In this document: positions 48,556-61,258 of the stretch, piece after piece | Layout of the letters: each line of letters starts with the position of its first letter | How positions within the stretch are numbered: the first letter of the stretch is position 1 | Source: Octopus vulgaris | Lineage: Eukaryota | Direction of reading: 5' to 3' | Length of the DNA stretch: 64,000 nucleotides | Assembly (NCBI GenBank): GCA_951406725.2 | Contig: OX597815.1 | Coordinates: 15,190,001 to 15,254,000 of the forward strand | Position numbers and translations under genes: made by a program | Notes under the pieces: model-generated | Databases searched by the model: none | What the model saw: the letters and a program-made list of their open reading frames with translations, nothing else | What the model was told of the DNA's origin: nothing

Positions 48556-50357
48556 CTATTACATACATAAAAGCATAGATACATGTATGTGAACACAGGT
48601 ACGACCAAGACCGACAGAATAAGTACTAGTCTTACAAAGAATAAGTCCCAGGGTCGATTATTTAGACTGAAGGCGGTGCTCCAGCATGGTCGCAATCAAA
48701 TGACCGAAACAAATAAAAGAATATAGTCCACACTTTTTCTTCGCTGTCTCAGATCATTATGCCCGATCTGTTGTGCCTACATTTTACAGAAATATGCTCT
48801 ATCTTCTTTCATCTTGAGTGAGTACACCCTCCACAAATAATATCGTCATGACATTTTCGAACTTCTGCTTATGATTTGTGTCATAGCATAGGTGTTAATG
48901 CCACGAAATCAGCATCGGTTGTCACATCTATATATTTTATCACGAGTGTGTGTTCAAGTATATTTTCAAGTACTGTTAAAAGTCCACGGTTCTACATTAT
49001 ATCAGTATGTTTATGTGTAAATTAAGATAAATTTAATTATGTTTCGGTCAATATTGTCCTGATCCATGTCTAAATTAATGGCATCACCTAGTAAAGTCTT
49101 TTAAGTCATGTTTAAAACACCACAACCCACTCGAAATATATCCAAGTGTCGGTATTCCTCAGAGAAGCTTGCCAAGAGGCCTTATGAAAGTTATGGGACA
49201 CTTTTCTTTCCTGATTTATTTCGGGATAATGTTGAAAAGCGCAGGGATGTTTGTAAAAAAACAATTGATATTTAGCTATATAATAATATGACATGAGTTT
49301 AATTTTAGTAGATGGGTGGATGATACGGAGCTCCTGACTTCTGTCATTTTTGAACGGCGTGGAAGAGAACAAAGTGTGGGTATTTTGAAACTATCCTAGT
49401 AATCAAGGCTTGCTATGTCATTAATTTTCTTTAGTATGAGGTGACAGACCAATAAGTAACAGTATTCAAAGTGAGACCGCGTAGGAGGGAATAGACGGAT
49501 AATGATACTTGGTTCTCTGAGCCCGAAAGTTCCGCGATACCAAGTAATCACCCTGCAAACCTTATCCACTTTATTGTTGACGTGAGCGCCACAGCTGAGA
49601 TTATTGTCGACAATTACTCCCATGACTTTAGCAGTCATTCTTAGACGTGAGAGGCTTTTCTAAGATAAGATAATATGTCTGTAAACATCTGCTTTCCCAA
49701 AGAGTATGAGCTTAACATCTTTTGGGTGTATATTGTTTATCACGTTTTTACTATATATAGGTCAGAGTAGAATTTTAGCCAGTTAGCTACCTCCTAGGTA
49801 GCTTTCTGATGCTTAGAGTAATCTGGGAAATTTTCTTTTGTGATGTATTTGAAGATATTTGCGATGTCATTGATGTAAACTCCGTCGAAAATCTCAAAGA
49901 AGTCGAGATATTTGATATCTGCATTTGGGCCGTTTCTCAAAACATCCATGATGTCAAAAAGATGTGTAGATGCAATTTTAGTCACATTGAGTAATTTTAG
50001 TCACATTGAGTCATGCAGGCTAAAGTTTAAGAGATTCTTCCTATCCGGGAAATAATTTATTCTTAAGCTTACCTTCCATTCCAATACTTCTCTTCAAATG
50101 CACAAGAGGTGAGATCGGTTATTTATTTATTGCAAACAAATTATTTTAATTTGTGGAAACTGGATTGGCAGACAGGGATACAAAAAATGTTCGAGTATAT
50201 AACCTGGATCTAGCGACATTCGCCGGATTTAGCAGAAGATGCAAATTGGTCTCGATACTCTTACAGAATACTAACGAAGAATCTATTACGGTCCGTAGCT
50301 AAGTTGTTAACAATATTCATTGTTGTCATGGTGTCCGTTGTGTTGAGTGTTATGTCA

Positions 50358-50664
50358 TCTTTATATATAAAATTGAAGTTGTGTGTGTGTGAGACTCTGT
50401 CTCCTCCGATTTAGATTCCTAACTACTCCCACATTTTGCGGTGCAGTTTAACCAAAAGTGGGTATCTTATAGTCGTCATTCATATTGAGCCCTTCTGGGT
50501 ATTAGCGCGCGTCTACGATGAGTCTACGATTAAAAAAAATTTACCATCATTTTCCCGCATTTTTAATGATTTTTGCTCGGGTTATATAAGGGAAGTAACT
50601 CTCTAAAAATGCTTATATAGTTATTTCCCTTACAAACCCGAGCAACGCCGGGCGATACTGCTAG
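50358..50664 (+). mobile_element. Non-autonomous Helitron monomer
   Basis: A|TC start, cccgagcaacgccggg hairpin, CTAG|T end, no TSD. Confidence 0.92.
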
Positions 50665-51321
50665 TACATGATATAATGCAAGTTATTTTCACTGATGCAA
50701 CATACGTCAACTTCAATGTGTCTCTGAAAACAGAGCAATATTATTTTAGAAAGAATTTTCCCAATTGCTATAGCATTCTCGTGGAACATACTGTTTTTAT
50801 CAAATAGTGAACCTATGTGTTTTAGTAAATGAGTAAAACACAACTGGGTTGTGTTTAATCTTCTCAATGGTCAAGTCTTCCTCAACACAATTATTTGCTT
50901 GTTGACGATGGTTTTCATGCTGTTCTGAATTTTTCTTTCCATTCAAACCATGTTATAGCTGTCGATTGTGATTGCTGGTGTTATTAGTATTTCAGTTGAT
51001 AATTTTTTTATATCTAATCGTTTGATCTTGCTTCAGAGCGTTTTCATCCTCCTCTGAGTTCTCACTTCTTTTTCCGTTAACGAGTAATGTTGAGGGATTC
51101 TTTGAACAAAATATTGATAACTATATCATCAGACATCTGCCTAGTTGCTTTGATGTCAGAAGAGTGTGTATGAAAGGCCAGTCGATAAGCGGTAAGTTAT
51201 ACATAATTGCTTCCCAGTTTGCTTTTTGAAAATCAGTCTTATTGAACAGGTGTGCGCAAGTTAGTGCTGTGCTTCGTTTAGTCAAGGGATGCCGGGAACT
51301 AATACAACAGTATTCCATAAG

Positions 51322-51540
51322 GTGAGGAACCGACAGAATCGTTAACACGCTGGGCAAAATGCTTAGCGGCATTTCGTCTGTCTTCACGTTCTGAGTTCAA
51401 ATTCTGCCGAGGTCGACTTTGCCTTTCATCCTTTCGGGGTCAATAAAATATGTACCAGTTCAGCTCCGGGATCGATGCAATCGACTTATCTCCTCACCCA
51501 ACTGGAATTACGGGCTTTGTACCAAAATTTGAAGCCAATA
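51322..51540 (+). mobile_element. SINE family A
   Basis: Homology to the other A copies. Confidence 0.85.
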
Positions 51541-52259
51541 CTATTGTATGTTTTATTGTAGTTTTTTTTTTCTCATCTGGTATAGCATTGATAATGTTAA
51601 TGTGATTGCTGAGAATTGGGTCCAAAATTCTTTTGTTGTATCTCGTTTGGTCACGCACGAATGAGGTGGACGGATGGTGGCTCATCCATAGGCATAAACA
51701 GTGTTTCTCCCGTAGCTTAGGAGTGGATATGCAATTAACTGATTTCGGAATATTCATTAGGGGACAGGGTTCTTCCTTTAAATGATAGCTCGTTCCTCTG
51801 ATCAGCAATTTCATTCATTTTTTCAGTAGGCTTTCATTTATTGTTTCTCAATCAACACAAACACACACTCATACACACACACGGCACGCACACACGTACA
51901 GACATAAACGGCTGTCACTGATAAATATATAAATGCAGATAATCTTTTAAAATGCTTTGAATACTTTCCCCTGCCACTATTCCGATCTAAAGCCTAGATC
52001 AGTAAATAGCCCATTTTTTTTTCTTCTTTTACACCATTACCGTATGCATTTTCAAACAAATAAAAAGACCAGCTAACACGAAAACTCTGTAAATGGAACC
52101 ATTAAAATATGCAAGACTTTCTTAAAGTTCGATATGTGATACCTATAAGTATTGTCATCCAAACTCCTATGCGGGAGTTTTATTTCTTTTCTAGAAACCG
52201 ACTGCCTCATTCCAAATAGTATACAAATAAATAAAAAGAAGAAAAAATATATACATATA

Positions 52260-52668
52260 GGCACAGGAGTGGCTGTGAGGTAAGTAGCTTGTTTACCAAC
52301 CACATGGTTCCAGGTTCAGTCCCACAGCGTGGCACCTTGGGCAAGTGTCTTCTACTATAGCCTCGGGCCGACCAAAGCCTTGTGAGTGGATTTGGTAGAC
52401 GGAAACTGAAAGAAGCCTGTCGTATATATGTATATATGTATATGTATGTGTGTGTTTGTGTGTTTGTGTTTGTCCCCCTGGCATTGCTTTACAACCGATG
52501 CTGGTGTGCTTATGTCCCCGTTACTTAGCGGTTCGGCAAAAGAGACCGATAGAATAAGTACTGGGCTTACAAAAGAATAAGTCCCGGGGTCGAGTTGCTC
52601 GATTAAAGGCGGTGATCCAGCATGGCCGCAGTCAAATGACTGAAACAAATAAAAGAGTAAAAGAGTAG
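52260..52668 (+). mobile_element. Full-length SINE family B
   Basis: All modules present. Confidence 0.92.
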
Positions 52669-52676
52669 AGTATATT

Positions 52677-52873
52677 TAAGTATATAAGCCCATGGGTCGA
52701 CATGCCACTATATACAAGAGAATACATACATAAAACAAATCATACAAATCTACACATGCTCTAACTCCAAGCACAAATACCGTGATGTTGAAATTCAAAT
52801 GAAGAAGACTTCAGTCAAGGTTCGAAACCGACTCTTTCTTTATTGACAAGAAATCTTGAAATAAATCGAATAA
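52677..52873 (+). mobile_element. 3' UTR of the (CATA)n-associated RLE element
   Basis: The first ~80 bp are homologous to the reverse complement of 20521-20596; ends in AATAAA then (CATA)n. Confidence 0.6.
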
Positions 52874-53416
52874 CATACACACACACATACATACATACAT
52901 ACATACATACATACATACATACATACATACATACATACATACACACATACATACGTACATACATACATACATACATACATACACACATACATACATACGT
53001 ACATACATACATAATACATACACACATACGTACGTACATACATACATACCTACATACATGCACAATACATACACAATACATACATACATACATACATTCA
53101 TACATACATACGTACATACATACATACCTACATACATACATGCATATATAATACATATATACATACATACATAATACATACATACATATATACATAATAC
53201 ATACATACATATATACATACATACATACATATACATACATACATACATACATAATACATACATACGTACATACATACATACATACATACAGACAGACATA
53301 CATACGTACATACATAATACATGCATACATGCATACATACATACATACATACATACACAATACATACATACATACATACACACACATACATACATACGTA
53401 CATACATACATACATA
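52874..53416. repeat. (CATA)n microsatellite
   Basis: Seen directly. Confidence 0.98.
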
Positions 53417-53741
53417 AAGGAATTCAAATATACACTCCATCATAAGGACACACGCTTATACAGCCACATTGTCCTTGCTAAAAGTAGTTTCAAGTCAATT
53501 ATCCGTGACCACCTCCATTTACCCCCATGTTCACCATCACAATCTTCATTGTGTTCATTAAGGAAGAAATGCAGACGACAGGAAATGATAGCCAGTCCTT
53601 GATTGATGATAGTAGACTCGTTAGCAGGTTAAATTGGTGTCCGCTTCCCTGAATCTCTCTCTCTCACTCCCTCTCTCTCATTCTATCTATCTATCTCTTT
53701 CTCTCTCTATCTATCTATCTCTCTCGCTCTCTCTCGCTCTC

Positions 53742-53804
<63 letters not shown>

Positions 53805-54149
53805 TACACACACACTCACACACATCCATTTATCGGTTCATTAAGGCAGCTGCTACGACAGACCAGACAGATATAAGTACATACAAGGAACATCCGATCT
53901 TATCAGTCATGTACAAACACATATCCTTTAGATTCACTGTATTAATGGTAAGTACAGATCAGTATCTTTTGTATTTAGCCTGAATCCACTTTGTTCGTGT
54001 CAGATAAAACCACTTCGGATTCAATAGACACTATAAGCATATATAAGTAGCCTGGACAGTGATGATAATAAAATGATCCAGGCAGTCCAGCTTAGAGATT
54101 TTAAGATCTCTTTGTCACTCACCCACGAATTTCATTCACTTGTAACTAT

Positions 54150-54365
54150 ACTCTTTTACTCTTTTACTTGTTTCAGTCATTTGACTGCGGCCATGCTGGA
54201 GCACCGCCTTTAGTCGAGCAAATCGACTCCGGGACTTATTCTTTGTAAGGTCTGTACTTATTCTATCGGTCTCTTTTGCCGAACCGCTAAGTTACGGGGA
54301 CGTAAACACACCAGCATCGGTTGTCAAGCAATGCTATGGGGACAAACACAGACACACAAACACAT

Positions 54366-54396
<31 letters not shown>

Positions 54397-54567
54397 CATA
54401 TATACGACAACTTCTTTCAGTTTCCGTCTACCAAATCCACTCACAAGGCATTGGTCGGCCCGGGGCTATAGCAGAAGACACTTGCCCAAGATGCCACGCA
54501 GTGGGACTGAACCCGGAACCATGTGGTTGGTAAGCAAGCTACTTACCACACAGTCACTCCTGCGCCT
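54150..54567 (-). mobile_element. Full-length SINE family B
   Basis: All modules present. Confidence 0.92.
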
Positions 54568-55062
54568 ATATAGTTTATGATTTTATTCATTTTAGGCTTA
54601 ATTTCACTTGTGTATAAATTTTTATAGAATTAATTTTGTTTTATGAACCAAAAACATAAATTAACTTATTTCTTAAGTGCTTATATAATTCAACTTTCTG
54701 GGAGTGACAAAAATCTCAAAAACAGAAAAATTATTAGATTTTTTTCTCTTTTAGGTAAAATTACTAAAAATCTTTTTGGGCTTACAAGGATTTACTCGAC
54801 TCTAACACTCCACCATTTATTACGATCCAGGACAGCGTTCGGGAGGTCAGCAGAGTAACATCCTGAGTCCGTACAAAGGAGGATTTTGCAGTATATCCAC
54901 AGAAGTATGTCATCTCTAGGCATGCCCTGCAACATACCACGCATCCCCTTCTGGTAGCATCAGTGATTGCCAGAAAAAACTGTCACCCAGCCTTGTTTGG
55001 TTGGTTATTCAGAATGGCCTGTAACATGTGAGTATAGACACCATGTGTGTCCATGTGTTTGT

Positions 55063-55452
55063 AGTGGAGGCGCAATGGCCTAGTGGTTAGGGCAGCGGAC
55101 TCGCGGTCATAGGATCGCGGTTTCGATTCCCAGACCGGGCGTTGTGAGTGTTTATTGAGCGAAAACACCTAAAGCTCCGAGAGGCTCCGGTAGGGGATGG
55201 TGGTGATCCCTGCTGTACTCTTTCACCACAACTTTCTCTCACTCTTACTTCCTGTTTCTGTTGTACTTGTATTTCAAAGGGCCGGCCTTGTCACTCTCTG
55301 TGTCACGCTGAATATCCCCGAGAACTACGTTAAGGGTACACGTGCCTGTGGAGTGCTCAGCCACTTACACGTTAATTTCACGAGCAGGCTGTTCCGTTGA
55401 TTCGGAACAACCGGAACCCTCGTCGTCGTAACCGACGGAGTGCTTCCATCCA
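55063..55452 (+). mobile_element. Full-length SINE family C with 13-bp TSD
   Basis: tccatgtgtttgt at 55050-55062 and 55453-55465. Confidence 0.93.
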
Positions 55453-55759
55453 TCCATGTGTTTGTTGAGAGTCTGAAGGGTGTGTAACCATCTAAAGCAC
55501 TGATTCCTCAATAGCACAGAAGATCCTCCCAGGATCATCTGCTAGTAACGTTATCCAAACAACATTGAGGTCATTCTCTTCCGTAGATGCCACCGTTACT
55601 TCCTGAGAATACTACAAATTTTAGAGGTTTTCTTCGGTCGTGTTTTTTGCTTCTTCAATGTCTGTAGCAGATTTACTTTCCTTGAGTCACAGACAAAAGA
55701 ATAATACCCTCAACTGTTTTTTGTTGTTGTTTTTTTCTATTTTACAAGCTTTTATAGAA

Positions 55760-56340
55760 GGGTGGCATCTTCTAAAATGGTGATCAGTTAAGAGATCACT
55801 CATCAACAACATAATTCTGCATGTATTTTGTTGAGAATGGATCACGAAGAAAGGCAAATTTTGGTAGAGTGAAGCCGAATTTTAAAGATTTGCCAATTGA
55901 AAGACAAAGGATGTAATCCAAGATAACAAGCAGAAATTCTTTAAGTGTATCCACTAGAAGTCTGGAAGACAGAAACATTCAGTCATAACCTCCGTTAATT
56001 TTACAACTGAAATCCAGTTGCGAAGTGTATTGAAGGTCGTGTTCTTTCATTCCCTGAGAAACATAATTTCGATGTGGCTTAACATTACAGAGGCATTACC
56101 CATACAGCAGCTATAGCAAAAGTATGCAGCAAATTGTTGGTGAACTGTGTGCAGCCAGAAAGTCGTATGAAAGAAACCGAAACGGTTATAGGTAAAAATT
56201 GGTCTTCTGTTGGACAGATCTACAGCTCTTAATATTCAGAAGGAGCCAGAGCTAAAAGTTTACCTGCAATCTTAGAGATTTCTCAAAAGCTAAAGGCCAC
56301 AAAGAAATCGTCCAATTTAGAATGTCTAAAAACAGAACTC
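55760..56340 (+). mobile_element. Degraded RTE-like reverse transcriptase fragment
   Basis: YRGITHTAAIAKVCSKLL...RNGYR...SSVGQIY resembles RT domains 0-2; many stops. Confidence 0.55.
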
Positions 56341-56404
56341 GAATATCCTTAATGTAAATTCGTTTTACTGGATGCAAATAAGTGATGATAAATGTATACG
56401 TGTA

Positions 56405-56484
<80 letters not shown>

Positions 56485-57119
56485 TCTGTGTGTGTGTGTG
56501 TGCATAGGTGCCTTAATTGGTAACACAAAGTACAGTTACAATTCAATTGATTGGCGACAACAAACTTTCAGCTGCCATTTTTTAATTTATGATCATATCC
56601 GCTCGTTTGTCAACCTCTGCAACATTTATTTAAATTACACTAACTTTGAGAAATATTAAATTAAAATTAACGAAAAAAGCAGAGGGAAAAGGCGAATCGA
56701 AATTTAAGATCTACTGTAATTAATACCAATAAGAGTTTATTAAACTCTTTAACAGCTATATATTTCTAAAGTACAGAAATATATAAAATAACTTAGCAAA
56801 AGTCATTCACTCTTTTATATTTCATTCATTCTTTATTCTCTATTTTTGGTTCCATTGAACCTTAGCTGAACCATTCACTGTTTCAAGAATCACTGGCCCA
56901 GACAATTGCGCTTCACCTACACATCTTATTAGAGAGTGCAGTGTGGACCTCGTATACTGAAAGGTATGGCATATTGTTGTCTGGCCCTCATTTAGATGAT
57001 GGTATAGTATATATTAGGAAAAAAACGAATCGTTTTTTCGACTAGCAACATGTCATAGGTCAGAAGTGTCAGAGATGACCTGGGACTAAATAACAACAAC
57101 AACAACAGCAGCAGCAGCA

Positions 57120-57540
57120 GTGGAGGCGCAATGGCCCAATGGTTAGGGCAGCAGACTCGCAGTCAGAGGATCGCGGTTTCGATTCCCAGACCGGGCGTTG
57201 TGTGTGTGTTTATTGAGCGAAAACACCTAAAGCTCCACGATGATCCGGCAGGGGGTGGAGGCGACCCCTGTTGTACTCTTTCGCCACAACTTTCTCTCGT
57301 CTTTCTTCCTGTTTCTTGTCCCCGACTTCCTGCGCAACCGCTGAGCCTGGATGCGCATTCATCCATCCGTCGATGCTCTTGGTGTCGAGGGTTGACCTGC
57401 TTTCTCTTCTGCGGGTCTCACGAATAGCAAAGGACCTCGATTCGGACTTCTCCCACTGCGAGCTCTGGGACGAAGACCGCTCCGCTCAACAGCAACAACA
57501 ACAACAAACAAGCAAGCAAGCAAACAAAAAACAAACAGAC
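57120..57540 (+). mobile_element. SINE family C, alternative-tail subfamily
   Basis: Homologous to 32437-32795. Confidence 0.85.
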
Positions 57541-57817
57541 AGATAACTATAGCTGCTCTTCTGAACCAATGTATATCATAGCTTTAACATTCCTAACGAC
57601 CAAGTGACCCTGTATTCCTGTCATAGAAACCCTGAAAAGCTCAGAGACACATCCTTTCCTTCTTAGAGTAAGAAGTGATTTCTTTTCACAGGACACAAGC
57701 CTCCATATATACAGATGTATTGAGAGAAAACGAGATATTTTGATAACCATGTCTTTCTCAAGACTTTTAGCAGTATAAATATATGGCTTCATATGGAATT
57801 ACTGATTGAAAGATATA

Positions 57818-58319
57818 CCGTAAATCCTCGAGTATAACCGCATTTTTTTCCCAAAATTTAAAGGTCAAGGCCCCTAGTGCGTACTCTATACGAGGTTAAA
57901 AATGAAAAATATTTTCTAAGCAATGTCCGAGTCTCTATTTGCTGTCCGGCAATGTTTATTCAGACGCATTTTGTGATGTCGGGAGCGAAAATACCTTAAG
58001 CTAAGCCTGAAAGCAATGAAGTCATAAAAGAATCATCCATAACTTGCAGCAAGCAACATTTATTAAACATTATTTCTTTATTTTCTGCAAACAAAATGCA
58101 CAAAAAAGCTACACGTTTGCTTTATGTTATATATACAATAATAATAAAGGACGTTGCCCTATACATTTTTACAAACCAAGGACGTTATATAGACCTCCTT
58201 GACTCAAGTTAGAGAAGGGGTGCGTATTATACACAAGGTTTAGGTTTTTCAGAGGCACAGCCCCCTAAAAATCCCCTGCGAATTATACTCAAGGGCGAAC
58301 TATACTCGAGGATTTACAG
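57818..58319. mobile_element. Non-autonomous Tc1/mariner-pogo type MITE
   Basis: TIRs ccgtaaatcctcgagtata / tatactcgaggatttacag, TA on both flanks. Confidence 0.9.
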
Positions 58320-58909
58320 TAAGTGTTAAGCGGTGTTTATAGATATAATTTATCTTCTGCTGGTTTTGTCTAGATGAAGGGTCTTCACCTACTCTCTAAA
58401 GTTTGTATTCCCTTACTGGTATTGACCTGGGCAGATGGCCAAAACGATTAACTTACTATGGCACTTAATTCAGTCACATAATAGTCACTAGAAAGACGGA
58501 TGTCTCCCTCAAGATAGTAACTGAAGTTTATTATAAACTTTCGGGAGGGGTTTCAGAACATCCTATGAGAAAAACCCTTGACTGATAGACAAGCAACCAA
58601 GCCATCGGCTGAGATGTACGTCACCTCATTTCCACCAATGTGATACAAATTTAGAATATATTCCAACGTACCGCAATAACGTCTTTGAATATAAAAAGAA
58701 TAAATAACATCTTCTGAAAAATCTTAGATTGTGCTTATGTATATTTGTGGGGGGTGCGTGTGTGTGTATGTGTGTACATGTATACATGCATACATAACTC
58801 TGTATATATGTATGTATGATTATATATACGCGGAGAACGGCTATGTTTTAGACGTTATATAAAAATTATGATTACGTTGCATTTTAATCTTTTTTTTTGT
58901 TTTTCGTAA

Positions 58910-58982
<73 letters not shown>

Positions 58983-59199
58983 AATCATATGTGTGTGTCT
59001 GTATTATTAAAGAAAAGCATGAGTCATGACTTCGCTATTTCTTTTCTTCTTCTTTATTTCATCTGTTACATGTGTTTCTGTGTTTGATAATTGATGATGC
59101 GATATAGAAATTCAATTAACAAACTTTTTCCATACATCATTCTGTGAGGCTTCTGGATACATACACAGAGCTGTTCCCTGAGGTCATTAGGTATCTCAG

Positions 59200-59458
59200 G
59201 TCAAGCGATGTTGGTGGGGGGGGGGACAAACACAGACACAAACATATACACAAACATATACACACAGACATACATATATATATATATATATACATATATA
59301 CGACGGGCTTCTTTCAGTTTCCATCTACCAAATCCACCCACAAGGCTTTGGTCGGCCCTAGGCTATAGTAGAAGACACTTGCCAAAGGTGCACGCAGTGG
59401 GACTGAACCCGGAACTATGTGGTTGGGAAGCAAGCTACTTACCACACAGCCACTCCTA
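59200..59458 (-). mobile_element. SINE family B, 5' two-thirds
   Basis: Homology to the other B copies. Confidence 0.85.
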
Positions 59459-59726
59459 CAATAACCACTAAAGAAGATTATTAAAATACATGACAAGGAC
59501 GATAATATAAAATCTGTTATATTTCCGATAGTTAATTCCTTTGCTCAACTCTCCACTCATCGTGTTATTGTACATCATATAATACATGGGAAGAAATGAA
59601 TATCATTCCCTATCTCTGAACATTTCTAATAATGGATTATTGCTACTAAATATACACACACAAACACAGACAGATGCACACACACACACACACACACATA
59701 TACACGCATATATATATATACATGCA

Positions 59727-59791
<65 letters not shown>

Positions 59792-60211
59792 TCGTCAGTT
59801 TTTTCCTGTAGCTCTCCGCTCTGGCGCTCCCTTTGATAACAGTAATCATCTATACGTATAATTATTCCCCCAGCCTATGGTACAGATGTAAGGCATTTTC
59901 TGTTGTATAGGTAACATTCTTTATCTGTTATAGCTTGTCATTATTATTGTACACGCTATGTTATTTTGTTCTATCCTCGCACACATTCGTCGGCCTCTTC
60001 CTGTAGCTCTATGTTCTGGCGCTCCCGTTGATAAAAGTGGTCTTGTTTGTAAATAGCATGAAACCACTAAGACGTCTCGGAAACCAACTGATAAGAAAAT
60101 AAACTGCAAATGTTCCTTGTATCTCTCTTTTCTGTCCATTATGTATTTGCCCAATGTTCGTCTATTTTTCCCTATCTATCTAACCTTTGAAATATATGTA
60201 TATATACGTAC

Positions 60212-60248
<37 letters not shown>

Positions 60249-60271
60249 CAGTATACACACACACACACACA

Positions 60272-60339
<68 letters not shown>

Positions 60340-60806
60340 AAGATAATGCAGATCGTAATAAGAAATGCAATCACATCTGCATCTACTCGTAACTACAATA
60401 AATTTTTCAATACGATTTTTTTCTAATACAATAAACAGATGCGACAACATAATACCGAACTTCTTATAAGACGAATAAACAATACAAAGGGTAATTAAAC
60501 GTTAATGTGTAAATATTATTTAGCGACTAGCAGAAAACCTCCCGGCAGGCGGTGTTTCTACTGGTATATATAATTAGATAAAGGATGGGTAGGTAGGCGT
60601 TAATGGCATCAGAGCATTTGTCTGTAAATATTATACGCCTTTTCTGATGTATTCTTGCCCATTGTGTGTGTGTGTGCCTGTGTGTGTGTAAGTTTGTGTG
60701 TGTGTGTGTGCATGTCTATGCGTGCGTGTGTGTGTGCGTTTTTGCTAATCCCTTTTCACGCTTATATGCATTATAAAAGTGCATACACATCGCTATATAT
60801 AAGTAT

Positions 60807-60876
<70 letters not shown>

Positions 60877-61200
60877 GCACACACATATACATATCATGTT
60901 TCTACTTAACCTATATCATTGCTCGTTACTGGCTCTCGTTTATTTATCACATGTCAAAATATTAGCGCATACTTTACTTCTCAACTTGTATCTTCCCCCA
61001 TCTCTTTTCTTCTTTTCCTTTGCTCCTCCGGCATTTTCTCTCGGCCTTACCCTGTTTTCTCTATCCACGTCCTCCCACATTCTTAACGTTGCTTTGTCTG
61101 CTCATCAGTCTGTGTATATATAAATGATCGTATGTATAATGTCTACCACTACAACTCCGGAACGACTAATGCCTTGCGAATAAAACTGTGCGGAAGCCCG

Positions 61201-61254
<54 letters not shown>

Positions 61255-61258
<4 letters not shown>

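Larger units (their letters stand above)
48750..51660 (-). mobile_element. Old, heavily degraded CR1-group LINE interrupted by a Helitron and a SINE
   Basis: Fragments DFQKANWE, NADIKYLDF and MGVIVDNNLS...SHFEYC occur in the same order as in the young LINE at 61342-63992; boundaries approximate. Confidence 0.75.

Noticed and set aside
52795-52870. Further permuted hammerhead on the minus strand
   Set aside because: Has tcaag/cttga and CTGAAGT but no GAAA or stem III; better explained as the 3' UTR of the CATA-associated RLE element.
55064-55140. tRNA gene
   Set aside because: tRNA-like A and B boxes but no proper acceptor stem; it is the head of a TSD-flanked SINE. The same holds for the other SINE heads.
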